From positions 3,311 to 67,310 of the forward strand of contig JAWKSK010000002.1 in assembly GCA_041389145.1 (NCBI GenBank): 64,000 nucleotides of DNA, written 5' to 3'. A program made the translations under genes and the position numbers. Shown one piece after another: positions 22,165 through 32,225 of the stretch. How positions within the stretch are numbered: position 1 is the stretch's first letter; every line of letters starts with the position of its first letter. Source of the stretch: Patescibacteria group bacterium. GTDB lineage: Bacteria > Patescibacteriota > Kazan-3B-28. Under the pieces are notes generated by a model, which saw only the letters and a list, made by a program, of their open reading frames with translations, did no database searches and had not been told where the DNA came from.

Positions 22165-23081
22165 CGTTTACGACGGCCATGAAAAGCCGTGTGGACTTCT
22201 TTGAGTTGCTTGTTGGTGATATGGGTGTAGACCTGGGTAGTGGTTATCGAGGAGTGTCCCAGGAGGGACTGTACCGATCTAATATCGGCTCCATTAATGA
22301 GCAAGTCGGTAGCATATGAGTGTCTAAGTGTGTGAGGGGTAACCTGTTTTACAATGCCTGCCAGAGTGGCATATTTTTGAATAATACGCTGAACGGTTCG
22401 AGGTGTAATTGGCTTATATGTTTCTGTGGTTCCGTGGGAGATGAATACGTGTTCATTGTCATCTCTGCGTTTATTTAGATAGTTGGCCAAATGGAGTTTG
22501 GCATCATTGGAAAGGAAGACAATTCTAGGTTTTTGACCCTTACCTCTAACAGAAAACTCACCTCGTTTGAGATTGATTTTTTCTTTGGTGAGATTAACTA
22601 GTTCAGATACACGCAGGCCAGTTGAATAGAGGGTGTGAAGGATTGCGGTATCACGGAGGTCTTGGAGGGTGTTGGTTTGGGGTACGGCATTGAATAAATC
22701 ATGAACCTCATTGGCTTCAAGGTAATCGACAATGCGTTGGGGAGTTTTAGCTAGTTCGACTTTCTCAGGAGCTAGGCTCTTGATATCATCCTTAGCTAGG
22801 AATTTTAAGAATGCACGGAGAGCGATGATATGGTAGTTCTGAGTAACTGGTTTTAACTCATTGCCATGTTCGTCGACATAGCGGTTTAAGAATTTGCGAT
22901 ACTTATGAACAAGTGGGAGATCGATTTGGATAGGGGTGAGGCCAGAGTGTCCTTCTTCAATTGCAAATTCTAAAAAGCGACTTAGGTAATGGTTGTAGTT
23001 CTCTAAGGTTTTATTACTCCGGTTACGTTCAATCTCAAGATAATCTAGGAAATCTTGGATGTGGGTTTTTACGGTTGCCAT
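22161..23081 (-). CDS. Tyrosine recombinase, XerC/XerD type
   Basis: TGLRVSEL, GKGQKPR, TPHTLRHSYAT, LLGH, TTQVYTH catalytic residues. Confidence 0.93.
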   Translation of the reverse strand: MATVKTHIQDFLDYLEIERNRSNKTLENYNHYLSRFLEFAIEEGHSGLTPIQIDLPLVHKYRKFLNRYVDEHGNELKPVTQNYHIIALRAFLKFLAKDDIKSLAPEKVELAKTPQRIVDYLEANEVHDLFNAVPQTNTLQDLRDTAILHTLYSTGLRVSELVNLTKEKINLKRGEFSVRGKGQKPRIVFLSNDAKLHLANYLNKRRDDNEHVFISHGTTETYKPITPRTVQRIIQKYATLAGIVKQVTPHTLRHSYATDLLINGADIRSVQSLLGHSSITTTQVYTHITNKQLKEVHTAFHGRRKR

Positions 23082-23398
23082 ACATTAATTGTGCGACAAG
23101 TTGGGTTGGAATGCAAAAAGAAATGGCCTCCCCGTGGGAAGGCCGTGATAATACTGTGATACAGATCTGTTAAGGTCTGTGTGGCGGAGTGCGTTGAGGC
23201 AGGGATAAATAAAAGGGTGGATTCATTGGCGCTCCTTGTGTATCTGTAATGTGCGATTGCCGATTAAGGCAATGATGTTGGAGGGTGAACAACGACTAAC
23301 CCGGTCGTTTAAGGGTAGATTGGAACACCTCCTTAGTGATCATGCACCGAATGGATTGTTGAAAGGTGCGTGATATTTTTATTTAAACAGAAACTAAT

Positions 23399-24559
23399 TT
23401 ATTTAGGAAGGTAGTTGAGTGGATTAAGTGGTTTGTCGTTGAACCGGATCTCAAAGTGAAGGTGAGGTCCGGTAGAGCGACCGGTGGAACCCATAATACC
23501 AATGAGCTGTCCTTGTTGGACGTATTCACCGTTTTTAATTTTGAATTCGCTTAAGTGAGCATAACGGGTAACCCAGCCACCTCCATGGTTGATGTCGATA
23601 TGGTTACCATATCCATAACGGCCTGGGATGACAGTTGCTACACCAGAAGCAGAGGCATAGATACCCCAACCGTTGAGACGGTTTAAGTCTAGAGCTTGGT
23701 GGTAGCTCTTGTAGCCTTGGGAAATGAAGTGGGTAGCAGACTGAAGTGGCCAAATGAACTGACCCTGCCCGTCTGCAATGATGGAACTGGCCACTCCACT
23801 AGGAGTGATGGTTGCAGAACTACCAGTGCTGGTTTGGTTTGCGGTTGGAGCTTTTGGAGCAACCACACCGGGGATTAAGATTTCTTGTCCGGCAAAAATG
23901 GGCTGGCTGGTATCTAGGTTGTTGAATCTGGATATTTCATCAACATCCACTTTATATTTCCTAGAAATTGAGCTTAAAGTGTCGTTTCTGGCAACCGAAA
24001 CGTAGATACCATCAATTGGTGGAATCTTTAATTGTTGGCCAACGGTTAAGTTGTTACTGGAAAGCTTGTTGGCATATTTAAGTGTATCTGGGGAAATACC
24101 AAAATCTCTGGCAACAGATGCTACAGACTCACCAGCTCTGACATCGTAAACAATAGTAGTGGTACGGTTGTTGCGAGTGATGATGGTTTCGGTAGCACCA
24201 GTTTTAAAGATAAAGTCACTGTTTTCACCGACTGTCACAATAACTTCGTCATAGAGTGCTGATTCGTGGAAATAGTTTGCTGATGCAAGTTCAATCACAG
24301 TTCTAGATCTTGCAGGAGAGGATGGGGAAGAGAAGGTTTGTTCTGGAGTTACTCCTGAGATGATGACGATTAAGGCAAGTACGGCGATGCCCCAGTGGCC
24401 AGTAAAGGCGTTTAAGGAACGACCAAAATGCTTTTTGGAGATCAGTTTTTTATACTTGCCGAAATAACCACCGGTGTTGAATCCGAGGCGTTTAAGAGAA
24501 CGTTTGCGAGTAAGTTTGACTGGCTCTTCTACAACTTCTGGTTGCTTCTTAGGGGCCAC
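23399..24559 (-). CDS. LysM-repeat M23 family peptidase
   Basis: Two LysM domains, HQALD, YAHL, GSTGRSTGPHLHFE; true start may lie upstream. Confidence 0.92.
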   Translation of the reverse strand: MAPKKQPEVVEEPVKLTRKRSLKRLGFNTGGYFGKYKKLISKKHFGRSLNAFTGHWGIAVLALIVIISGVTPEQTFSSPSSPARSRTVIELASANYFHESALYDEVIVTVGENSDFIFKTGATETIITRNNRTTTIVYDVRAGESVASVARDFGISPDTLKYANKLSSNNLTVGQQLKIPPIDGIYVSVARNDTLSSISRKYKVDVDEISRFNNLDTSQPIFAGQEILIPGVVAPKAPTANQTSTGSSATITPSGVASSIIADGQGQFIWPLQSATHFISQGYKSYHQALDLNRLNGWGIYASASGVATVIPGRYGYGNHIDINHGGGWVTRYAHLSEFKIKNGEYVQQGQLIGIMGSTGRSTGPHLHFEIRFNDKPLNPLNYLPK

Positions 24560-24703
24560 CTTTTTGGGCTGTTTCTTTGCTGCTAACTTGTCGCTTAATC
24601 TGGGTTTTTTCGGTTTACTAATTGCTAATGAATTAGTGGATATAAATGTTACCTGGGTAACAGATGCATTATACTATGCCACAAATAAGGATAATGTCAA
24701 TCG

Positions 24704-25702
24704 TTAGTTATGGTCGACAACAGTGATCTGAATGGCACCGTCAAAGCGGGTAACGGCATTGGCGGCATCTATTAAAAGTAGGTTGGCGCTATAGCTTCCT
24801 GGGTTGAGTGGGGCTGGTAAGGTTTTGCTATAGATACTGGAGCCGTTGAAGTCTGTAAGCTGATAGGTGGTGTTTTCAAATTCAATTTGAACCTGCTCCG
24901 TATTTAAGGAAACTGGAATAAAGATACCAAAGCTCTGATTGGCAACAACTGGGGTTGGAGAAACTCTAATGTTATTGCGGTCATAGGTTAAGGGTTCTGT
25001 TTTAATGCTTATGGTAACGGAATTACTATTAGGGCTTCCAATGTCTAAATCATTAATGGCAACTGCGGTCAGGGTTTGTTCACCATCGGTAAGAGCTCGT
25101 TCTAAGCGAACTTTGTATGCACCTTTTGAGTCAGTGGTGGTTGAGGTGTTTGGTTGGCCATTATTGGAGATAATAATTCTGGTATTGGCAGGTCCGGTTC
25201 CAATGATTTCAGGTTTTAGGATGTTGGTGGAAGTGCCAGCAGTTGGGCTCAAGATTTGGGGAGCAGCAGGAGCGGTTGGATCATGAAGTTCGAGGTATAG
25301 TTTTTCGGTAATGGTGCTGGCCTTAAAAGTAATTTCAACAGAACCAGGAGTGGTGCCTGAGGTGTAGATAAAGATAGCTGCAGATTCAACCTGGTTTTGC
25401 TTTTGAATGGTTCCAGATCCGCTGGTGATTTCTGCAGTAATGTCACCGATTGTTTTTGGATACTGTGCGGTAATCTTGGTTTGGCTGGTTCCGTTGGCGG
25501 CTAATCTGGTCTTATCTGTTTTGATTACCAGATTGGTTTCAGTAAGGGTGTTGAGCCCTTCGTTTATTTTATCAGTGACATTAGTCCAGTTGGTGCCACC
25601 AGTAAGGGCCCAAACACCGCTGGCTACAAGGATGAGTAGCGCCAGCGAAAGACTGACGATAAAGATTTTACTTTGTGGTTTTGTTGCTTTAGTGCGTTTC
25701 AT
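24704..25702 (-). CDS. Membrane-anchored Ig-like (Big) domain protein
   Basis: N-terminal TM, Thr-rich beta pattern, LAANGTS, LTDGEQTLTAVA. Confidence 0.7.
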   Translation of the reverse strand: MKRTKATKPQSKIFIVSLSLALLILVASGVWALTGGTNWTNVTDKINEGLNTLTETNLVIKTDKTRLAANGTSQTKITAQYPKTIGDITAEITSGSGTIQKQNQVESAAIFIYTSGTTPGSVEITFKASTITEKLYLELHDPTAPAAPQILSPTAGTSTNILKPEIIGTGPANTRIIISNNGQPNTSTTTDSKGAYKVRLERALTDGEQTLTAVAINDLDIGSPNSNSVTISIKTEPLTYDRNNIRVSPTPVVANQSFGIFIPVSLNTEQVQIEFENTTYQLTDFNGSSIYSKTLPAPLNPGSYSANLLLIDAANAVTRFDGAIQITVVDHN

Positions 25703-25807
25703 GAGTGCTTATATATTGTAGGCTGGAATGTCGTGGTCTGGCAATTTAGTAGCAGAATGCTATATTATGGTGGCATAAGTCATAACTGTTTTTGGTTTAA
25801 ATACAAC

Positions 25808-27223
25808 ATGGTAAGAAGGAAAAACGAAAGCGAACCAGCTCCTAAAAAGAGCCCAATGAAATCAACCGCAAAGAAGATCCGGAAGGAGGTTTCGGTTGAT
25901 GAACCGATGCAGGCAGCAATGCCAAAAATGAAGAAAGCAAGAAAAGGAGGCGGTAGATTGGCGGTTGCGCTAATTATGGTTGCTGTGTTGTTAGGGGTGG
26001 GTTGGTTTGCAACCCAATGGTTATTAACTGGCACCAATGGAAACGTGCTTGCCGGATTATTTAACAATCAAACCAAATTAATTGGTGAGGAAGAGGGAAG
26101 AGTTAACTTTATGTTGCTCGGTAACCCAGGCCAAGAAGATTATGATGGCACCAGGTTAACGGACACCATTATGGTGGCAAGTTATGATGTGGAAAACGAT
26201 TCTTTGAATCTATTCTCAGTTCCACGTGATTTATATGTACCAGTTCCAACTGGTGGTTTTGCTAAAGCAAATGCAGTATATGAGATTGGAGAAGATAAGA
26301 ATAACGACGGAGCAGGTGCAGTAAGAGATATGTTAGAGGAGATTTTAGAGATAAAAATTCCTTACTACATGCGTATTGATTTTGATGGCTTCACCAAGGT
26401 GATAGATGAGTTGGGTGGGGTTACTGTAAATGTTGAAAAGGCATTGAGCGATCCGTTCTATCCAGGTCCAAACTTTGGTTATCAGTTAGTTGAATTCAGC
26501 CAAGGAACATACACCATGGATGGTGAAACTGCTCTGAAATATGCAAGGTCACGTCAAACTACATCTGATTTTGATCGGGCTAGAAGACAACAGCAAATTA
26601 TCTTGGCTCTAAGAGATAAGGCAATGGATTTGGAATTGTTAACTGCTCCAACCAAAGCATTTGAAATCTTAGATGTCTTGAGCAACCACTTTGCTACTAA
26701 CTTAAATCGTTCTGAGTTTGAAAGACTGATGAGGTTGGTTGTTGATTTTGATTCAAATAATGTTGTGAGTAAGGTGTTTGATGATAGTCCTGCAGGATTG
26801 TTGTATGGAACTCGGGTGGATAATATCTATGTCTTAAAGCCGGTAAACGATGATTACACAAAGCTTGCTGATTTCGTAAACAATGCGCTAACCAAACCAG
26901 CAGACGACAATACTTTACCTGAAGTAGTTGAAGAACCGCTCAAGATTGAAGTCATGAATGGTACCAATGTTACCGGGCTAGCTGGCAAGGTGGCTGATAA
27001 GTTATCTGGATTTGACTTTGACATCGTTAGAGTTGCAAACAATGCAACAAGGGGATTCGAAAATCCAGTTATCTACGACAACACAGATGGTAAGAAGTTT
27101 TCTAGCCTTAAGCGGTTAGCAGAAATTCTGGGAGCAACGATTAGCACTGAGAAAATTACCCTTCCTGCTAATGTAGAGGCTCGGGTAGTGGTAGGTTCAA
27201 GTTCAGAAGGATTTGCTAACTAG
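25808..27223 (+). CDS. LCP (LytR-CpsA-Psr) family protein with LytR_C domain
   Basis: LTDTIMV, SVPRDLYV, ALKYARSR, SDFDRARRQQ; C-terminal IEVMNGT..GLAG; start moved to ATG 25808. Confidence 0.92.
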   Translation: MVRRKNESEPAPKKSPMKSTAKKIRKEVSVDEPMQAAMPKMKKARKGGGRLAVALIMVAVLLGVGWFATQWLLTGTNGNVLAGLFNNQTKLIGEEEGRVNFMLLGNPGQEDYDGTRLTDTIMVASYDVENDSLNLFSVPRDLYVPVPTGGFAKANAVYEIGEDKNNDGAGAVRDMLEEILEIKIPYYMRIDFDGFTKVIDELGGVTVNVEKALSDPFYPGPNFGYQLVEFSQGTYTMDGETALKYARSRQTTSDFDRARRQQQIILALRDKAMDLELLTAPTKAFEILDVLSNHFATNLNRSEFERLMRLVVDFDSNNVVSKVFDDSPAGLLYGTRVDNIYVLKPVNDDYTKLADFVNNALTKPADDNTLPEVVEEPLKIEVMNGTNVTGLAGKVADKLSGFDFDIVRVANNATRGFENPVIYDNTDGKKFSSLKRLAEILGATISTEKITLPANVEARVVVGSSSEGFAN

Positions 27224-27229
27224 TACGTT

Positions 27230-28024
27230 ATGCCAAATTTAAAGAGAGTAGCCCGTTGGTTATGGGGCAATCGCAAGGCCTTGATTAGTTCAGGTCTTGC
27301 TTTGGCAATACTGTGGACTATTTTCTTCAATACTTCTTGGCTGGGCTGGGGACTGATTGGGCTTGGAGTGGTGCTATTCGTGGCAGTGTGGTGGGCTACC
27401 AATTTCTCATTCAAAGAGAAAAGCTTTTGGTTATTAGTGGCACACATGTTTTGGATCTCTGGTGGGGTTATTGGTTTTGTACTGTTTAATATTGTGGTTC
27501 TGTGGCACTTCTATCTAATTGCGGGTTTGGTTGCAGTTTTGTGGTGGTGGCTACTGATGATGTATGAATCATTTGCTGCCAGTGGAACTTGGCCAGTGAG
27601 AGTAAGGCCGGTATTGGACTTCTTTGATCTAGTGGCATATTTCTTTATTGGATCTACTTTATTGTTAGCTGCAGATTTCTATGGGTTAACTGCTGGATGG
27701 TTGGTTGTTGCAGTGGCGCTCCAGACAGTTCTGGCATTGTATCTGAGGTTCTGGAGAGAAGAGATTAAGGGTCTTAGAAGATGGTTGTATGTGGTATTAA
27801 TAACCTTGCTTACTCAGGAAGTAATGTGGGTGATTAGCTTCTGGCATAGAGGGGTTTATTTAAAGTCCTTTATGCTCGCAATTTTGTTTTATCTGATGGT
27901 TGAATCTGTGGTTCACTATGCCCAGAATAAGTTGACGGTGCGAGTTGCGCTGGAGTACATTGGTCTTGTTGTGGCAGCACTCGTGGGAGTGCTAATTGTC
28001 GACGGATTTCTAGTATTAAGGTAA
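27230..28024 (+). CDS. Polytopic membrane protein of unknown function
   Basis: Many TM segments; co-oriented in the operon. Confidence 0.75.
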   Translation: MPNLKRVARWLWGNRKALISSGLALAILWTIFFNTSWLGWGLIGLGVVLFVAVWWATNFSFKEKSFWLLVAHMFWISGGVIGFVLFNIVVLWHFYLIAGLVAVLWWWLLMMYESFAASGTWPVRVRPVLDFFDLVAYFFIGSTLLLAADFYGLTAGWLVVAVALQTVLALYLRFWREEIKGLRRWLYVVLITLLTQEVMWVISFWHRGVYLKSFMLAILFYLMVESVVHYAQNKLTVRVALEYIGLVVAALVGVLIVDGFLVLR

Positions 28025-28030
28025 ACCAAG

Positions 28031-29131
28031 ATGGAAATTAAGAACGAATTACGAAAGTGGAGCGGCTTTATATTGTCAGGGGTAGTCGGTGCGTTGGTGA
28101 CTGCTATGATATTGGTTCCGCTAATTAATAATGCAATTAGAACTGGTAGTTTGCAGCCAATTGCGGTTGAAGAAGAATCTGCAACTATTGATGCCGTGAA
28201 TAAGATACTGCCCTCTACAGTGGCAATTATTAGTAGTCAGAACGTTAGAAGCGTATTTGGGGGAGTGTTCGAACAACGTGGCGGCGGTACTGGGTTTGTA
28301 ATCAGTGCAGATGGATTAATTGCAACCAACAGGCACGTGGTGGACTCTGAATCTGCTTCATATTCGGTGGTGACATCTGACGGTAAGTCATATGATGCAG
28401 AGGTGGTTGCCAGAGATGCTTTGGCAGATTTGGCAGTAATTAAAATAGACGCTATCGGACTTCAAGTAGCAGAGCTGGGTGATTCAGAAAATATTGTATT
28501 AGGTCAGAAGGTGATTGCAGTGGGCAATGCGTTAGGGGAATATCAGAACTCTGTAACTACCGGGGTGGTAAGTGGTATTGGTAGGGTAATTACGGCTGGT
28601 GATGGATCTGGTAGTAGTGAAAGGCTTGAAGGAGTGATTCAGACAGATGCAGCTATTAATCCAGGCAACTCAGGAGGACCGTTACTGAACCTTTCTGGTC
28701 AGGTGATTGGAATTAATACAGCAATAGATCAGCAGGGTCAGTCAGTGGGATTTGCAATCCCAATTAATAGTGTTAAATCTGCACTGAATTCCGTAATTGC
28801 AGATGGCGAGATTGTTAGACCAAGACTGGGGGTAAGATATCTGCAAATCACCAAAGAATTTGCTGAGCTTAACAAACTAGATATTACTGAAGGAGCCTTG
28901 GTAGCTCGGGGTGATACAGCCAGTGAAGTAGCCGTGATTCCAGGTGGACCTGCAGATATTGCTGGAATTGAAGAAGGAGATATTCTGGTATCGATTGATG
29001 ATGAAAAGATTACGGAAAAGAAAGGAATCCCTTCAATCTTACAGAACTACAAACCAGGTGATGTTATCGATATTGTTTTACTGAGGAATGGCAAAGAGCA
29101 GACAGTAAAGGTGACATTAGGTAAACTGTAG
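28031..29131 (+). CDS. htrA: HtrA/DegP family serine protease with PDZ domain
   Basis: TNRHVV, DLAVIKI, IQTDAAINPGNSGGPL, C-terminal PDZ. Confidence 0.95.
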   Translation: MEIKNELRKWSGFILSGVVGALVTAMILVPLINNAIRTGSLQPIAVEEESATIDAVNKILPSTVAIISSQNVRSVFGGVFEQRGGGTGFVISADGLIATNRHVVDSESASYSVVTSDGKSYDAEVVARDALADLAVIKIDAIGLQVAELGDSENIVLGQKVIAVGNALGEYQNSVTTGVVSGIGRVITAGDGSGSSERLEGVIQTDAAINPGNSGGPLLNLSGQVIGINTAIDQQGQSVGFAIPINSVKSALNSVIADGEIVRPRLGVRYLQITKEFAELNKLDITEGALVARGDTASEVAVIPGGPADIAGIEEGDILVSIDDEKITEKKGIPSILQNYKPGDVIDIVLLRNGKEQTVKVTLGKL

Positions 29132-29133
29132 AT

Positions 29134-29349
29134 ATGGTAAAACTTGGTAGATATCGTCACTACAAAGGGGGAATCTATAACGTAATTGCTGTTGGGTTAT
29201 TGGAATCCAACCATGAACCAATGGTGGTTTATGTAAGCGAAGAGGAGTCCGGTGAGTTTCCGGCAGGTTCTACTTGGATTAGATCTGAGAAGGAGTTCAT
29301 GGCCACGATGGATGACGGGAGACCACGGTTCCAGTACTTACTAGCATAG
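29134..29349 (+). CDS. DUF1653 family protein
   Basis: GRYRHYKGGIYNV, MVVY, WIR...F, PRF. Confidence 0.85.
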   Translation: MVKLGRYRHYKGGIYNVIAVGLLESNHEPMVVYVSEEESGEFPAGSTWIRSEKEFMATMDDGRPRFQYLLA

Positions 29350-29405
29350 ATATGACAAAACCCGCCGGTAAAGGCGGGCTTTGTTTTTGTGTTCAAACAC
29401 AAACC

Positions 29406-30101
29406 TTACTTCTTGTGACCAAGGTCCTTGCGGACGTCGTCCAAGGCATCTGCTGCAGTCTTCTGACCACCAAGACCGAAGGCGAGACCTCCAGCCAAAG
29501 CGAACATGAAGAAGAGAGCAGTGAGGAAACGATCGATAATGATCGCAGCAATACCGAGCTGTTGCAATGCAACTGCAATGGTAAAGACGTAGATTGCCCA
29601 TTTGGTAACAGTAGCAAGAAGATTTGCACTGTGAATACGAGCTGCACCTACGGTTCCACGAACGATACCAGAGAAGAAGTGGGCTGCAAACAAACCAATT
29701 AACAAGATACCGATGGCTACAAACACGTTAGGAATGTAGGCAAGGATATTGTTTAAGAAGTCTGTAACTTTGGAAAGCTTGAGGACATCTGCTGCTGCCA
29801 AGAAGGCAATAAGCAAGATGGTCCAGCGAACCAACGCACCAACGAACTCTGATACTTCCATATCGAATCCAGATTTTTGGAAGATTGTCTTAGTTCCAAC
29901 TTTGTTTAGGGTTTGATCTAAGCGAATTTGCTTTAAGATTTGGGTTACCAAACGGTCAAGTCCGGCAGCAAAAATCCAACCAACCAACAAGATGACGATA
30001 GCGCCAACCAAGTTTGGTAGGAAGTATAAGAAACGTGCCCAGATGTCTTGCAGTGGGTTGAGGACTGCATCGCCCCATACGTTGAAGAGATTGTCTTGCA
30101 T
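29406..30101 (-). CDS. MscS-like TM-helix repeat protein (CmpX type)
   Basis: FLPNLVGAIVILLVGW, YIPNVFVA, LAFGLGG. Confidence 0.85.
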   Translation of the reverse strand: MQDNLFNVWGDAVLNPLQDIWARFLYFLPNLVGAIVILLVGWIFAAGLDRLVTQILKQIRLDQTLNKVGTKTIFQKSGFDMEVSEFVGALVRWTILLIAFLAAADVLKLSKVTDFLNNILAYIPNVFVAIGILLIGLFAAHFFSGIVRGTVGAARIHSANLLATVTKWAIYVFTIAVALQQLGIAAIIIDRFLTALFFMFALAGGLAFGLGGQKTAADALDDVRKDLGHKK

Positions 30102-30266
30102 CTCTAAATCCTTTGGTTATTAGTATTTCTAAGATAAAAACGTGATTACTTCGACCCCAATTAAAGGAACAAATATTACGACCTCATTATAGCAAAAACT
30201 GGCTTACTTATCATCTGGGGGTGGTTTTTTGATATGATATGAGGGATATGGGTAACTAATTTTGAT

Positions 30267-30725
30267 ATGAATAACAGAACATGGCTTTGGTTTGTAGTGG
30301 TTTTAGCGCTAGCAATGGCTAGTTACTTTATGTTTGGGTCTTTAGGTAAAGAACCGGTAGGTGACGATACTCAACAAGAGGTAGATACAAGTGAATCTCA
30401 GTCTACTGATTCAAGATTTATTAATTACACACCAGAAGCAGCAATGGCTGCCGCAGAAGAGGGTGATGCAGTATTATTCTTCCATGCTCCTTGGTGTCCA
30501 ACCTGCAGGGCATTAGAGGCAGATATTAACTCACATTTAGCTGACATTCCTGAGAATGTAACAATCTTAAAAACAGACTACGATACCTATCGGGCAATGG
30601 ATTTGGGTAAGAAGTTTGGAATTACCATTCAGCACACATTGGTTCAGGTTGATATTGATAATAATCAGATTAAGAAGTGGAGCGGAAGCCCAACATTAAG
30701 TAGTCTATTGGCTGAAATAGTTTAA
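30267..30725 (+). CDS. Membrane-anchored thioredoxin-like protein
   Basis: FFHAPWCPTC motif, N-terminal TM. Confidence 0.88.
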   Translation: MNNRTWLWFVVVLALAMASYFMFGSLGKEPVGDDTQQEVDTSESQSTDSRFINYTPEAAMAAAEEGDAVLFFHAPWCPTCRALEADINSHLADIPENVTILKTDYDTYRAMDLGKKFGITIQHTLVQVDIDNNQIKKWSGSPTLSSLLAEIV

Positions 30726-31453
30726 TGGTATTACTGATTGTTTCCTTTTTGGCAGGGGTGCTAACCGTATTAGCACCTTGTACGTTGCCGGTGTTGCCGG
30801 TGATTTTTGCGAGTGCTGCTGGGTATGCTAACTGGCGAAAGACAATGGTGGTGATCCTATCACTTGCAGGATCGGTGTTGTTGTTTACATTATTGTTGAA
30901 AGCCAGCACCGTACTGATTGATATTCCGCCAACTTTCTGGCAGTGGTTTGCTGGCGTGATTTTGATAGTTATTGGGATTACTTATGTGTGGCCAAGCCTA
31001 TGGGCAAGGTTGGTTGGCGGAATCAATGGTGAGCAGGCAGCAAATAATCTACTAACCAAAGGATTTAGACAGGAAGGCTGGGCAGGCCCAGTATTAATGG
31101 GTGTGGCATTGGGTCCGGTATTTTCTAGTTGTAGTCCAACCTATGCAGTTATCTTGGCTACCGTATTGCCACAAAGCTGGGGATTGGGATTGGTTTATCT
31201 ACTAGCTTATATCTTCGGGTTTTCTTTATTATTGGTTCTGATTGCTTGGTTGGGACAAAGTTTGGTGTCCAAATTAACAGTGCTATCAGATCCAACAAAA
31301 TGGCCTAGAAAGGTGATTGGAATAGTATTGATTGTGCTTGGTTTGTCGATTGGTTTGGGATTAGAAAAAGACCTTGAGGCTAGTCTCATAGGCAATGGTA
31401 GTTTTGGGTTGTTGAACTTTGAGAATCAACTGCTTGAGTTGATTGATAACTAA
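30725..31453 (+). CDS. CcdA/DsbD-beta family membrane electron transporter
   Basis: AGVLTVLAPCTLPVLP and GPVFSSCSPT. Confidence 0.88.
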   Translation: MVLLIVSFLAGVLTVLAPCTLPVLPVIFASAAGYANWRKTMVVILSLAGSVLLFTLLLKASTVLIDIPPTFWQWFAGVILIVIGITYVWPSLWARLVGGINGEQAANNLLTKGFRQEGWAGPVLMGVALGPVFSSCSPTYAVILATVLPQSWGLGLVYLLAYIFGFSLLLVLIAWLGQSLVSKLTVLSDPTKWPRKVIGIVLIVLGLSIGLGLEKDLEASLIGNGSFGLLNFENQLLELIDN

Positions 31454-31454
31454 T

Positions 31455-31538
31455 TGGTGCTGGAGAGAGGACTCGAACCTCCACGCCTGACGGCACTGGT
31501 TCCTAAAACCAGCGTGTATACCATTTCACCACTCCAGC
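31455..31538 (-). tRNA. tRNA-Leu(TAG)
   Basis: GCTGGAGTGGTGAAATGG...CTGGTTTTAGGAACCAG, long variable arm, CCA end. Confidence 0.95.
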
Positions 31539-31544
31539 TGGTAG

Positions 31545-32225
31545 TTATACTGTAATCATATCTTTGAGTTGGTCAAACTTTGCAGTGGAGATGCCGGTTA
31601 CATTTTGGATATCTTCAATAGATGAAAAATCACCGTTAAGGATACGGTGATCGATGATTCGTTGAGCGGTGACGGGTCCAATACCAGGAAGGATGTCTAG
31701 TTGAGATGCGGTGGCGGTATTGATGTTTATCTTGCTACTTGTTACTGGTGTGGATGGGGTAGTGGCCGAAGAAGAAATGGTTGGAGTGGTGGGTTGAAGT
31801 TTATCCCCGTATTGAGGGATGTAGATTTTGGTGTGGGATTCTAGCTGTTGGGCACGGTTGATGGTTTGAGCAATTGCTTTGATATCTGCTTGATTACTAA
31901 ATCCACCAGCAGCTTTAATACCGTCTTCTACGATACTGTTGCCGGTTAGGAAATAGACTCCAGGATTGGCAACACCACCTGCAATATCTACAACTATCTG
32001 ACTATCGGTTGAGGTGGTTGAGTTTTCTAATTCTGATTCAGTAATGATTGGGATTGCATCTGGATCGGATGCAAGGCTGACTGGGGCAGGGGCCACCATG
32101 AGGTAGACGCCAAGGGCAAGGGTAAGGGTGAGAAGACCAAAAAGCCAGAAGCGATATTTAAGAAAAATTGCTTCAGCTGGACTTGGCTTAGGCTCGAGTG
32201 AAGAAGGAGAGGACTGTGTCTCCAT
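31545..32225 (-). CDS. comEA: Competence DNA receptor ComEA
   Basis: TM, SLBB domain (VDIAGGVANPGVY), HhH KININTAT...LPGIGP. Confidence 0.92.
   Translation of the reverse strand: METQSSPSSLEPKPSPAEAIFLKYRFWLFGLLTLTLALGVYLMVAPAPVSLASDPDAIPIITESELENSTTSTDSQIVVDIAGGVANPGVYFLTGNSIVEDGIKAAGGFSNQADIKAIAQTINRAQQLESHTKIYIPQYGDKLQPTTPTISSSATTPSTPVTSSKININTATASQLDILPGIGPVTAQRIIDHRILNGDFSSIEDIQNVTGISTAKFDQLKDMITV

Noticed and set aside
22161-23081. Recombinase as a prophage or integron integrase
   Set aside because: Size and motifs fit housekeeping XerC/D. There is no IntI insertion, att duplication or phage gene nearby.
29341-29702. Three overlapping ORFs at the 3' end of the MscS-like gene
   Set aside because: Alternative frames of a well-supported gene; they cross the terminator at 29357-29382.
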